Shown: positions 19,031 through 29,218, counted from the stretch's first letter. The stretch: 64,000 nt of DNA from Candidatus Anstonellales archaeon (GCA_038896535.1 JAWACY010000002.1:64001-128000), one strand, 5' to 3'. Numbers and translations are program-made. Notes: generated by a model not told the origin, from the letters alone.

Positions 19031-20665
19031 ATGCAAGATAACCAACATAATAACCAATATAATGAACAACAAAGAATTTTAGGAACTTTAGTAAAGAGAA
19101 ATGGGGGAAAAGGAAGGAGAGGAGAAAATAACAACTTTAGCAGGCAGTTAAGCCTTTTTCAAGATTATTTGCTAAACCCCGACAAAATAAATGATAAAAC
19201 AGATGAGATAAAACCAGATACACTAGATAGAATTTTATATAACAACACATTAGACCATGAAATAGCTAAAAATCTTTACAGCAAACTTTTTAGACATCAA
19301 ATTAATGCTTTGCCATATCCATGGAAAGGCAACACTGCAATATTAATGCCTACCGGCTCAGGCAAAACAGAGCTTGGATTCTGGGCCATGCTCTATTATA
19401 GGGAAAATGGAAAAAAAGCATTTTTCCTTGCCCCAACATTAGCATTAGCAAAACAGCAATACAACAGATTTTTGTCTTTATTTGGGGGGCATGAGAAAAA
19501 AAATGTAAGCATATTAACTGGCGAGATAAATAGCGATAAAAGGAGCTATGATGCTGATTATATTTTTGCAACACCGCAAACATTATATAATGATCTTGTA
19601 AATGGCCTGCAAAAGCCAGCTAATATTTCAATTGATAGCATATCAATTATTGTATTTGATGAAATGCATAATGCAAGAAAAAGTGAAATGGGGAATGGGC
19701 ATGCCTATTATAAACTATCTGAATTATTAGCAAAGAGTAGCGTTAAAATACTTGGCTTAACTGCAACATTTGGAACAAAGAGATTGAGGAAAATGATAAT
19801 AGATGCAATGAAAATTAAAGACATAAAAACAGGCAATGCAGAAATAGAGAGAAGAGAAATAAAGATATATTTTGAACTCGATGAGGATATGCTGAAATTA
19901 ATGAAAAGCATAAAGGCCAAGATTGATGAATTAAAAGATGAATTTGAAGGGATATGCTCATTTTACAAGTTAAAGATGCCTAAATCAAAAAGTGAAAGAA
20001 AGAAAATAAAAGACATGCTGCCAAATAATGACATAGAAGCATTAAAGATTTACTGGCTTTATGATTTTTTAAACGATTATTATGATAAACTTGTTTCATA
20101 TGGATTAAGGGCTTTTTTATCTTATGCAAAATTAAAACTAAAAACAAATACTGGAAGAAAAGTATATGCATTATTAAAATCTGATATAGAGAAAGCAGTT
20201 GAATTATTAAAAAAAGGCTATGAGCATCCTAAGATAAAGGCATTAAGTAATTATATAAAAAATGGTAAAAAAACAATAATATTTGTAAATTTCTATTCAG
20301 AAGCTTTAGTCATAAAATATTACTTAGATAAATTAAATGATAATAGTATAAGGCCATTAATATTTGCAGGGAGGAAGTATATGAATGATAGGGAGAGAGA
20401 AATGGCAATTCAAAAGTTTGCAAATGGAGAAATAAATACATTGATATCGACAAGTGTTGCAGAAGAAGGCATAGACATAAGCGATGTTGATAATATCATA
20501 TTTTTCGAACCAATCCCAAGTGCTATAAGAAAAATACAAAGATCTGGGAGAGCAAGAAAACAGGGTTCAAATGTTTGGATATTCATAACTGCTGGTAGCA
20601 ATGAAGAGCTATACTCTTTAATAGCTGATAAAAATAGCAGTATTATACTAAATAACGATATTTAA
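19031..20665 (+). CDS. Second, divergent Hef/FANCM-like SF2 helicase
   Basis: MPTGSGKT, DEMHNA, LTATFG, HPK, EEGIDI, QRSGRARK. About 80-aa N-terminal extension. Confidence 0.85.
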   Translation: MQDNQHNNQYNEQQRILGTLVKRNGGKGRRGENNNFSRQLSLFQDYLLNPDKINDKTDEIKPDTLDRILYNNTLDHEIAKNLYSKLFRHQINALPYPWKGNTAILMPTGSGKTELGFWAMLYYRENGKKAFFLAPTLALAKQQYNRFLSLFGGHEKKNVSILTGEINSDKRSYDADYIFATPQTLYNDLVNGLQKPANISIDSISIIVFDEMHNARKSEMGNGHAYYKLSELLAKSSVKILGLTATFGTKRLRKMIIDAMKIKDIKTGNAEIERREIKIYFELDEDMLKLMKSIKAKIDELKDEFEGICSFYKLKMPKSKSERKKIKDMLPNNDIEALKIYWLYDFLNDYYDKLVSYGLRAFLSYAKLKLKTNTGRKVYALLKSDIEKAVELLKKGYEHPKIKALSNYIKNGKKTIIFVNFYSEALVIKYYLDKLNDNSIRPLIFAGRKYMNDREREMAIQKFANGEINTLISTSVAEEGIDISDVDNIIFFEPIPSAIRKIQRSGRARKQGSNVWIFITAGSNEELYSLIADKNSSIILNNDI

Positions 20666-21693
20666 GAATATTTAACCCCACCACCAATTTTTGCAACTTT
20701 CATTATGCTTGCTTTTTTTGATATTAAATCAAAGATTTCATTCAAATATTCCTTTTTTGTTATGATGATTGGATTTGGGCCAGCATCGAATGTATAGCAT
20801 GCTTTTGCTTTACCATGCTTTTCATTGACATCATTTATTATATCCATTATAGAGAAGCTTTTATCATTCAAATAATGTATTGCTGGTTTAGTAGCCAAGC
20901 ATATTGCATGGAAGTTATTGCTTGCTTCATTAACAATACTTGAAAATAAATCAAAATCTCTATTTTTAATTGCTTTTATAAGTTTTGGCATCAATATATT
21001 CTCTTCATATTCAACCCATTGCCAATAAAATGGGCATGTATTTATTGACTGTTTCATACCAGCCCTGCTTTTTATCTTTTTTTCTTTCTTTGATAAAGCT
21101 ATGTATATTAATCTTAAATCCTTCCAATGCTCTCTTTTGAATAGTGTTTTTGCATAACTATCAAATACACCAGCATTTTTATCAGCTTTATTCCATAATA
21201 CAAAACCACCTTTAAATGTTGCGCTCCTAGAAGCAGAGCCAGAGCCCAGCCTTGCTATTGCTGTTATTTGTTTCTCATTCAAATTTAGCTCTTTAAAACA
21301 GATTGCCAAACAATGTGCTAAAGCAGCAAATCCTGAAGCTGAGCTGGCAAATCCAGCAGCAATCGGAAAATTTGATTTTGTATCTATTTTATAATCATAA
21401 TTTTTAAGCATTGGAAATATGGAATATAATTTTTCGAAAAACGCTCTTACATTTTCATCAACTGCTTTTTTACCATTTATAGTAAAATATATTTTCCCGC
21501 TGCCTTTTTTTGCTTTCATGTTTGTTTTTGTATAAAGGCCGGCTATTGTTATTGATAAGGAGCTCTTTGTAGGAAAATGATCATTCTCCCTCTCTGGCAT
21601 TTTTCCCCAGTATTTTATCAAAGCAATGTTTGTTGGAGCAATAACGCTTGCCTTCCTTATTTCTCTTATTTCTCTTATTCCCTGCATAAGCAA
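20662..21693 (-). CDS. mvaD: Diphosphomevalonate decarboxylase family enzyme
   Basis: APTNIALIKYWGK, NFPIAAGFASSASG, RLGSGSASRS, YTFDAGPN. Mono- versus diphosphate substrate cannot be told from motifs. Confidence 0.9.
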   Translation of the reverse strand: MLMQGIREIREIRKASVIAPTNIALIKYWGKMPERENDHFPTKSSLSITIAGLYTKTNMKAKKGSGKIYFTINGKKAVDENVRAFFEKLYSIFPMLKNYDYKIDTKSNFPIAAGFASSASGFAALAHCLAICFKELNLNEKQITAIARLGSGSASRSATFKGGFVLWNKADKNAGVFDSYAKTLFKREHWKDLRLIYIALSKKEKKIKSRAGMKQSINTCPFYWQWVEYEENILMPKLIKAIKNRDFDLFSSIVNEASNNFHAICLATKPAIHYLNDKSFSIMDIINDVNEKHGKAKACYTFDAGPNPIIITKKEYLNEIFDLISKKASIMKVAKIGGGVKYS

Positions 21694-21834
21694 ATTACAA
21701 ACAAAAAAATAAAAATGCTATATATTTTATATTTCAAACTATTTGATGTTTCAAGCATGCAATAAAGTTTAAAAATGTTTTTATCTATTAATTTAATTGT
21801 CTCTTTATATTTATTTTATTCTGTGGTGAATTTA

Positions 21835-23721
21835 GTGTCAGATTTAGAAATAACCATAAAAAAGCTTGTGCCGAATGCAACAAAAATAGAATATTGGGGC
21901 TCATCAGTTGCAATATATGTGCCAGATTTAAAAGAATTCTATGAAGATAAAACAAAGATAAGAAGCATAGCAACAGAGATAAAGAAAAAAGTGCTTATAA
22001 GGGCAAACCCAGAAAATAGAAAAAATGAAGAAAAAACAAGGGCCTTAATAGAAGAGCTAGTAAAAGAAGCAGGCATTACAAATATATACTTCAATCATTA
22101 TCTTGGAGAAGTGCACATAGAAGCATTAAAACCCGGCATAGTAATAGGGAAAAATGGAGAACACTTAAAAATAATAGCTTCTGAAACAGGCTGGGTGCCT
22201 GTTGTTTTAAGAACACCAACAATGCCGTCAACGATAATAGATGGAAATAGAAAAAGTGATATAGCATATGCTGAAGAAAAAAAGAAATTCCTTATTAAAG
22301 TAGCTAAAAGCCTTGAAAGAAAGTCAAGTGAGCATTCATGGATAAGATTCGTTACTCTTGGGGCATTCAGAGAGATTGGCAGAAGTTGTTTATTAATACA
22401 AACAAAGAACAGTAAAATCCTGATAGATGCTGGAATACATACAGGCTTAAATCCTCTAAATGCAAGCAGTGAGGATTTATATCCATATGTTAACATGCTG
22501 GGTTTTCCAATAAATGATTTAGATGCAGTTATCTTGACTCATGCGCATGCTGATCATGTAGCTTTTCTTCCATTCCTTTTTGCTGCTGGTTATGATGGTC
22601 CTGTTTATGCAACTCAACCAACAAAAGATTTAACTGCACTCATACAAAACGATTATTTAAATGTACTTACAAAAGGTTATGGGGCAAATACGCCATATAC
22701 AAAAAAAGACATACAAAAAGAGCTCAGGAATTTCATAACTGTTAATTATGAAGAGATAGTTGATATAACGAGCGAGATAAAATTAAGCTTCTATAATGCA
22801 GGGCATATATTAGGCAGTGCTATAGTGCATTTAAACATAGGTGAAGGAAAGCATAATATATTGCATACAGGAGATTTAAAATTTGGTTTTGGAAGATTGC
22901 TGAATCCAGCCCATACAAGCTTTCCAAGGGCAGATACATTATTTATAGAATCCACATATGGTGGGAAGAATGACGTAATGCCCCAAAGAGCAGAGAGTGA
23001 AGCAAAGCTTATGTCAATAATAAATGAAACATTATTAAATAAAGGCAAAGTGCTTATTCCTGTTTTTGCTGTTGGCAGAGCACAAGAAGTTTTATTGGCA
23101 ATAGAAGCACATGTAAAGCAAAATAAAGATTGGAATTACCCAATATATATCGATGGTATGATACTTGAAGCATCTGCAATACATACTGCTTATCCGGAAT
23201 ATTTAAAAGAAAATATAGAAAAAAGAATATTGAGCAATGATTCGCCATTTGAAATAGAGCACTTAAAAATAGCAGTTGGTATGGATAAGCAATCAATAGC
23301 AGAAGGTGAGCCGGCAGTTATTCTTGCCCCTTCTGGCATGCTTACTGGAGGGCCATCTGTTGAGTATTTAAAATTACTTGCTGACGATACAAAAAGCACG
23401 CTTATATTTGTAGGCTATCAAAGTGCATTAAGCTTAGGAAGTAAAATACAACAAGGCATAAGGGAATTTCAACTTCCTGATGAGGATGGGAGCAAGCATT
23501 ATACATTAAAAATGCGCGTTGAAACTGCAGAAGGATTTTCTGGTCATAGCGATAGAAGGCAATTGATGGCATGGATAAAGAATATAAATCAAAAATTAAG
23601 GGCAGTTTACACAATGCATGGGGATTATAATAAAACTGATGAGTTTGCAAAGGACATAGCAAAAACATTCAGAGTGCATGCAGAAGCTCCATTCAACATG
23701 GAGGCGAGAAGATTAAAATAA
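21835..23721 (+). CDS. Beta-CASP ribonuclease aCPSF1 (FttA)
   Basis: N-terminal KH domains (KPGIVIGKNG), HAHADH, AGHILGS, ESTYGG, FSGHSDR. Probable GTG start at 21835 after GGTGA (track start 21775). Confidence 0.95.
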   Translation: MSDLEITIKKLVPNATKIEYWGSSVAIYVPDLKEFYEDKTKIRSIATEIKKKVLIRANPENRKNEEKTRALIEELVKEAGITNIYFNHYLGEVHIEALKPGIVIGKNGEHLKIIASETGWVPVVLRTPTMPSTIIDGNRKSDIAYAEEKKKFLIKVAKSLERKSSEHSWIRFVTLGAFREIGRSCLLIQTKNSKILIDAGIHTGLNPLNASSEDLYPYVNMLGFPINDLDAVILTHAHADHVAFLPFLFAAGYDGPVYATQPTKDLTALIQNDYLNVLTKGYGANTPYTKKDIQKELRNFITVNYEEIVDITSEIKLSFYNAGHILGSAIVHLNIGEGKHNILHTGDLKFGFGRLLNPAHTSFPRADTLFIESTYGGKNDVMPQRAESEAKLMSIINETLLNKGKVLIPVFAVGRAQEVLLAIEAHVKQNKDWNYPIYIDGMILEASAIHTAYPEYLKENIEKRILSNDSPFEIEHLKIAVGMDKQSIAEGEPAVILAPSGMLTGGPSVEYLKLLADDTKSTLIFVGYQSALSLGSKIQQGIREFQLPDEDGSKHYTLKMRVETAEGFSGHSDRRQLMAWIKNINQKLRAVYTMHGDYNKTDEFAKDIAKTFRVHAEAPFNMEARRLK

Positions 23722-24437
23722 TATATAATAATAAATTGCCTTCTGTTATTATAGCATCTTATCTAAAAAATTTTATCAATATTGATATGCTAGAAGTTGA
23801 CAATTTATTAGATTTTTCCTGTAATGATGAATGCATTGTTTTAAGCCCGCACAGAAGTAAGGATAAAAAGCCAGCAATAACAGTACACATCCCAGGAAAT
23901 GCTGGAAAAGCGCATTTTTATGGCATGGACTTTATGCTCAATATATCAAATCCAGTCCTTATGTTTAGAATATTCATTGAAACACATAAACTTTTAGAGC
24001 AAAATAGAGAAGAAATAAAAATGACTTATGAAGCAGACCACCATGGCCCGAATATAGAGAAGCCAATATTATTTTATGAGCTTGGGAGCACTGAGCAGGA
24101 ATGGGCAAATAAAGATTTATGCATACTTATGGCAAATGCATTGAAAAATGCATTATCAAGCAATGAAATGCCCAGCATTACTGCTTGCTATTTTGGTGGA
24201 AATCATTATGCCAGCAGATGTAATGAATTGACAATAAAAAATGGATATGCATTTTCTCATATAATAGCAAAGTATTCATTGGATGAAACAAATGAAAATG
24301 TGGTTAAGCAAGCATTGGAGAAAACTACACAAAAAATAGATATTGCAATAATAGAAAAGGACGGAACAAAAAGAATACACAAAGATAAGATAATCCCAAT
24401 ATTAGAGCAGCTTGGCGTAGATTACAAATTATTGTAA
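23712..24437 (+). CDS. dtdA: D-aminoacyl-tRNA deacylase (archaeal DtdA/DTD2)
   Basis: LSPHRS, TVHIPGN, YEADHHGP, FYELGSTEQEW, FGGNHYA, SHIIAKY. Start uncertain (ATT 23712 proposed; track uses TTG 23736). Confidence 0.88.
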   Translation: MKIIYNNKLPSVIIASYLKNFINIDMLEVDNLLDFSCNDECIVLSPHRSKDKKPAITVHIPGNAGKAHFYGMDFMLNISNPVLMFRIFIETHKLLEQNREEIKMTYEADHHGPNIEKPILFYELGSTEQEWANKDLCILMANALKNALSSNEMPSITACYFGGNHYASRCNELTIKNGYAFSHIIAKYSLDETNENVVKQALEKTTQKIDIAIIEKDGTKRIHKDKIIPILEQLGVDYKLL

Positions 24438-24488
24438 ATAAATTATTGTAAAGCAAGCTCACAATTTATTGTTAAAAGAATAAAGCAT

Positions 24489-25082
24489 TTATTTAGAACA
24501 TTGGCCTTGTCTCAATACCTCAAATGCTTCAAATGTTGCATGAGCTAATTGCTCAAAATTACTGGCTAACTTAAAAAAAAGTTCTGGATTCTTGCTTATT
24601 TTGCTGTGCAATAAATAATAGGACTGGCCAATTTCCATATAATCATCAACAGTCATTGGAGGAGAAGCTTCAATTCTCTTCCTAAAAAAAGAAACAAGCA
24701 CAAGGCATGTATCCCCTATTAGTCTTGCACAAGTAAAATAATTTTGTTCTTTTAAAATATCTATGACTCTTTTAAATTCTATTTGCTGATCAGTAAAAAG
24801 CCTGCTTACATACGTGTAGCATAAAAAATTCTCTTTTATTCCGCCAAGTTTTGCTGCTAAAAAACTGAAAATAAAATGTCTGATTTTTGACATGTCCTTT
24901 TCAATTTTCAGCTTATTGCCTAAAACTTCATTTCTTATATTTCCTATTCCTTCTTCTTCAAATCTTCTGAATGCATTTATTATGGCTCCATCATCCAATT
25001 TTTGTTTTTCGCCTCCGCCCCCGTTCTTATGCTTTCCGAGTTTCTTCTTTGCCTCATCAAATGAAATTAAATCTCCCATCAT
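24489..25082 (-). CDS. Hypothetical alpha-helical protein
   Basis: 197-aa ORF with IGDTCL...DYMEIGQSYY...LFFKLASNF pattern. Confidence 0.7.
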   Translation of the reverse strand: MMGDLISFDEAKKKLGKHKNGGGGEKQKLDDGAIINAFRRFEEEGIGNIRNEVLGNKLKIEKDMSKIRHFIFSFLAAKLGGIKENFLCYTYVSRLFTDQQIEFKRVIDILKEQNYFTCARLIGDTCLVLVSFFRKRIEASPPMTVDDYMEIGQSYYLLHSKISKNPELFFKLASNFEQLAHATFEAFEVLRQGQCSK

Positions 25083-25246
25083 ATTTATATCAATCAGGTA
25101 GTTTAAAAATTTTTCTATATTTTATGGTTTTTGTTTTTATGATTTTTGTTTCTATAGTTTTTGTTTATGCTGGCATGTTGCTTTTTTATAACTTTTTTAA
25201 ATATACCGCCCAGCATGGGAAGCATTTTTTATGCAGCCATACTTTT

Positions 25247-26029
25247 TTATTGCCCACTATTATTGCTATTGTTCTCATTATTTTGTCTTTCAATCCTTAA
25301 TTTTAGGGCAACATATATAAATACAGCAAGAAACGAGCCATAAACAAATAAGTATATGCTATCAATCATTGCAGCATAAAAAATGCCTATATCATAGAGG
25401 AAATAAAATAAAACATCGTTCAAAGTGTTCAGCATTATTATCAAAATAAGTAAATATATATTTTTTTCATGATGCTTGAATGTTAAAAATATCGCATATA
25501 TTATAGTAAATGAAAACAGCAAAGATAAGATATTTGAAACTGGCAACACGTGATAATTAAGCAAAAATGCACTTACAATGATCATAAAAGCAGCATAATA
25601 GTAAAATGTTTTATTAAAAAGGTCAAAAATGCTTGTATTGAAATTTGACATAAAATTAATAAATCTTAATACAAAAACAAATAGTAATATATTGCTAATT
25701 AACCAAAGGCCATATCCAAAATCAGGATTATTGAGGAAATAGAAATTTGCATAAGCTATTGTGTATATAAAAAAACCCAGCAATAAAGTTATTGCCTCTT
25801 CTTTTACAAAACCAACAGTAATATATGATAGGTATAATAAAACAATATTTATTAGTACTAATAATAAAAATGATATAGTCCAAATTATTGATAACGCTCC
25901 ATAAACAGCAGCTTGACTAAAAGATAAATATGATGCCATTAATAGCAATATAAAGTAAATTGCTGTACTCGCATAAAAAAGCCCGCTATAAAAAAATCCT
26001 TGCCCTTTTGCAACTTCCATATTTACCAC
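25247..26029 (-). CDS. Polytopic membrane protein (about 7-8 TM)
   Basis: Almost entirely hydrophobic helices. Last gene of a three-gene run. Confidence 0.75.
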   Translation of the reverse strand: MVNMEVAKGQGFFYSGLFYASTAIYFILLLMASYLSFSQAAVYGALSIIWTISFLLLVLINIVLLYLSYITVGFVKEEAITLLLGFFIYTIAYANFYFLNNPDFGYGLWLISNILLFVFVLRFINFMSNFNTSIFDLFNKTFYYYAAFMIIVSAFLLNYHVLPVSNILSLLFSFTIIYAIFLTFKHHEKNIYLLILIIMLNTLNDVLFYFLYDIGIFYAAMIDSIYLFVYGSFLAVFIYVALKLRIERQNNENNSNNSGQ

Positions 26030-26038
26030 TTTGACCTT

Positions 26039-26968
26039 TTACTTTAAAATATTTTCTATATTATACTCATTCTTTAAATCATAAGCAAATATTGTATTTA
26101 AAAATGCTGCATGTGTGCCTAACAAAAAATAACCCGCTTTTTGTGCAATAACAGGCATTGGCAATACTGATTTATCAAAAATATGGCTGTATTTCATTAT
26201 TAAACTTCCTTCAATAAATTGCTTTCTTGCTAATAATTGTAATATAAAATCATCTGCCCCAAATTCTAAACCATTGGTAATATTTCTATACATTAAATCA
26301 GCATATTCTTTATCTTCAAAATAGCCGAGGCCTATTGCTTCAAGCATATACTGCCTTAATACTTTCATCCTCTCATTCTCATTAATTGTTGAAAATGTTG
26401 CAATTCCATACAATAAAGACGTCTTGGTAAAAATATGCTTATTATAATTATAACCTACTAAAAAACCAACTAAAGTCAAATATACTGCTTCAAGTGATGA
26501 TAAAGGCCTGGCGTTGTTTACTGGTTCTTCTAATTTAAAGAACATACCTTCAAATGCCTTTTCTGATTTAATAGTGAATTTGAGGTTTTCCAATTTATCT
26601 TGCGGGGTTTGTTCAATAACCCTTCTTACCTCATCACCTATTAATGGAATGTATGGAACTATGAATGGCTCCTTTTTCTCGTTTTTTGCTCTTATCCATG
26701 ATGCAGTTGCTATTTCATTATTATCTCCTTCAACATAAGTAAGAGCAACAAGATACTTTAGCCATTCTGCCTCAGTTTTTCTGCTTAAAAAATATCCTAA
26801 ATACGGGTCAACATCCTCTGGATCTCTGTTCTTTTCATAACACATTCTCAAAATTGCCCTCCTTAATTTTACCCTCTCCCCTTCATCTTTTGGATTAAAC
26901 AACTTTATTTTTTTCGCGCATTCCAATATAAGCTTTTTATCTGCTTTTGCCCCCGTATTTCCAGCCAT
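26039..26968 (-). CDS. Hypothetical soluble protein
   Basis: About 309-aa ORF. AGGAGG RBS before ATG 26968. Confidence 0.75.
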   Translation of the reverse strand: MAGNTGAKADKKLILECAKKIKLFNPKDEGERVKLRRAILRMCYEKNRDPEDVDPYLGYFLSRKTEAEWLKYLVALTYVEGDNNEIATASWIRAKNEKKEPFIVPYIPLIGDEVRRVIEQTPQDKLENLKFTIKSEKAFEGMFFKLEEPVNNARPLSSLEAVYLTLVGFLVGYNYNKHIFTKTSLLYGIATFSTINENERMKVLRQYMLEAIGLGYFEDKEYADLMYRNITNGLEFGADDFILQLLARKQFIEGSLIMKYSHIFDKSVLPMPVIAQKAGYFLLGTHAAFLNTIFAYDLKNEYNIENILK

Positions 26969-26969
26969 T

Positions 26970-27404
26970 CTATCCCTCCTTATCATCAAACACAATAAGG
27001 TCAACATTATTGCTGCTCATATAATCATTTAACATTTTTAAAAATCTCTGCTTCTCCATATCATTAAGGCCAAAAAGTATTGGTTCAAGTGATTCAATAT
27101 ATATAGCTTGTGGCCTAATCCTTTGTACAAATTGCTCGAGGATAAGAAATAATGAAGTCGGATCATTGGCATTACTTATTTTCAAAACCCCGCTTTGTTT
27201 TTCACTTCCGCCTGTCTGTGTTAAATCAACACATGCCCATGCTTTCTTGCCCTTTATATATTTCTCCACTTGCTTAAATGGGGTTTTTGTTAGAATAATG
27301 AGCTTTATCCTTTTATCCTTATTTATACGCTCAACAAACTTTTCCTTTACAACTAACAAAGCCAAAGCATAAATTAAAGGCATAATCATATATTTAGGAA
27401 ACAT
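26970..27404 (-). CDS. DUF835/degenerate KaiC-RecA-like domain protein
   Basis: IILTKTP, DPTSL, AIYIESLEPILF...FLKML pattern. No Walker A. Confidence 0.55.
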   Translation of the reverse strand: MFPKYMIMPLIYALALLVVKEKFVERINKDKRIKLIILTKTPFKQVEKYIKGKKAWACVDLTQTGGSEKQSGVLKISNANDPTSLFLILEQFVQRIRPQAIYIESLEPILFGLNDMEKQRFLKMLNDYMSSNNVDLIVFDDKEG

Positions 27405-27471
27405 ATTTAAATGTTATTACTCAAATAAATCAAATAAAAATCGCTTACTTACATACAATATCGGCGGTTTT

Positions 27472-27933
27472 ATGCGAAAATTTAGGGATATAAAAGAAAA
27501 ATATAAAAAAGCTGAACAAAAAGCACTGGAAAAAATAGATAAAATAGCAGATAAATTAAGAAAATCAAAAATATTAAAACCATTGTATGAAAGAAGAAAA
27601 AAACTTGGCCCTTTTATTGCTTATGGTGATGTGTTAATAAATACAGGCATTCTATACCTGACATTAAAAAATAAATTGCTTGGCATATCCTCATTATATG
27701 CTTATGCTTATGCAAAAGATGCTTTTAGGGCTTTGCAATTTTTTACAAACGAAACAAAAAGTCCGCTGGCTAAGTATTGCATGCTATACTTCTCATTAAA
27801 TATCCTAAGCTTTGGCTTTTATTCTCTAATGCCGTTTGAAAGTTATTTATCATTATATTTCTACATTAAGACAAATAGAAAAGCAGATCATAGAAAAGAA
27901 GATTATGGGAAAGACAATAATGACAATATTTAA
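27472..27933 (+). CDS. Hypothetical membrane protein
   Basis: Basic N-terminal helix followed by hydrophobic segments. Confidence 0.6.
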   Translation: MRKFRDIKEKYKKAEQKALEKIDKIADKLRKSKILKPLYERRKKLGPFIAYGDVLINTGILYLTLKNKLLGISSLYAYAYAKDAFRALQFFTNETKSPLAKYCMLYFSLNILSFGFYSLMPFESYLSLYFYIKTNRKADHRKEDYGKDNNDNI

Positions 27934-27955
27934 ATTATTTCTTATATAAGCATAT

Positions 27956-29206
27956 ATGCTTGATCCAGATTTTATAAGAAATAACCATGACATAGTAATA
28001 AAGAAATTTGTTGACAGAGGGTATGATAAAGGGCTTGTCCTAGAATTTTTAGAGATAGATAAAGAATGGAGGGCAGTAAAACAAGAAAGCGATAAAAAAA
28101 GGGCTGAGAAAAATATCATATCAAACAATATAAAAGAGCATATTAAAGAGAAAAAGGACATAACAAAATTAAAAGAACAAGCACTTGAACTTGATAAGAA
28201 AATAAAGGAGCTGGAGCAAAAAGAGAAGGGCCTTGAACAAAACAGGAAAAATATATTGTTGCAAATGCCAAATTTACAGCAAGATGATGTGCCAATAGGA
28301 AAAGATGAAAATGACAATGTCGAAATAAAAAAATGGCTTAAGCCATCAAAAACAAGCAGTGATATAAAACCACATTACGAGCTGCCTTTTTTTGATTTCG
28401 AAAGAGCAGCAAAAATATCGGGCCATAGGTTTGCTTTAATGTATGGCCATTTTGCAAAGCTTGAAAGAGCATTAATAAACTTCATGCTTAACATGCAAAT
28501 ATTAAATGGTTATAAAGAGGTATGGGGCCCGCATTTAGTATTAACAAAAGCAATGATAGGAACTGGGCAATTGCCAAAATTTGAACAGGAACTTTATAAA
28601 ACAGATGACGATTTATGGCTTTTGCCAACAGCAGAGGTCATGCTTGTCAATATTTACAGGGAAGAAGTTTTAGAAAACCATTACCTACCAATAAGGTTGT
28701 GTAGCTATACTCCTTGTTATAGAAGAGAAGCAGGAGCTTATGGCAAGGATATTAAAGGTTTTTTAAGGCAGCACCAATTTGATAAGATAGAGCTTGTATC
28801 AATAACAAGAGCAGAAGACAGCAAAACAGAACATGAAAAAATGCTTTCTGATGCAGAATCAATACTAAAAGCCCTTGAACTGCCATATAGAGTTATGCTA
28901 TTATGCACTTCTGACCTTGGCTTTGCATCTGCAAAAACTTATGATATAGAAGTATGGCTTCCAAGCCAAGATAAATATAGAGAAATAAGTTCAGTCAGTA
29001 ATTGCCTTGATTTTCAGGCAAGAAGGGCAAACATCAGATACTTAGAAAGGGGCGAGCTATATTTTGCCCATACATTGAACGGGTCTGGCCTTGCTGTTGG
29101 GAGGACACTCATAGCATTAGTAGAAAACATGCAGGAAAAAGATGGCATAAAAATACCAAAGGCATTACAACCATATTTTGAAAGCGATTTCATACATTTT
29201 GATTAA
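27956..29206 (+). CDS. serS: Serine--tRNA ligase
   Basis: Coiled-coil arm, GTGQLPKF, PTAEV, RREAG, RQHQFDKIE, EISSVSNC, HTLNGSGLAVGR. Confidence 0.97.
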   Translation: MLDPDFIRNNHDIVIKKFVDRGYDKGLVLEFLEIDKEWRAVKQESDKKRAEKNIISNNIKEHIKEKKDITKLKEQALELDKKIKELEQKEKGLEQNRKNILLQMPNLQQDDVPIGKDENDNVEIKKWLKPSKTSSDIKPHYELPFFDFERAAKISGHRFALMYGHFAKLERALINFMLNMQILNGYKEVWGPHLVLTKAMIGTGQLPKFEQELYKTDDDLWLLPTAEVMLVNIYREEVLENHYLPIRLCSYTPCYRREAGAYGKDIKGFLRQHQFDKIELVSITRAEDSKTEHEKMLSDAESILKALELPYRVMLLCTSDLGFASAKTYDIEVWLPSQDKYREISSVSNCLDFQARRANIRYLERGELYFAHTLNGSGLAVGRTLIALVENMQEKDGIKIPKALQPYFESDFIHFD

Positions 29207-29218
29207 ATTTAAATATGT

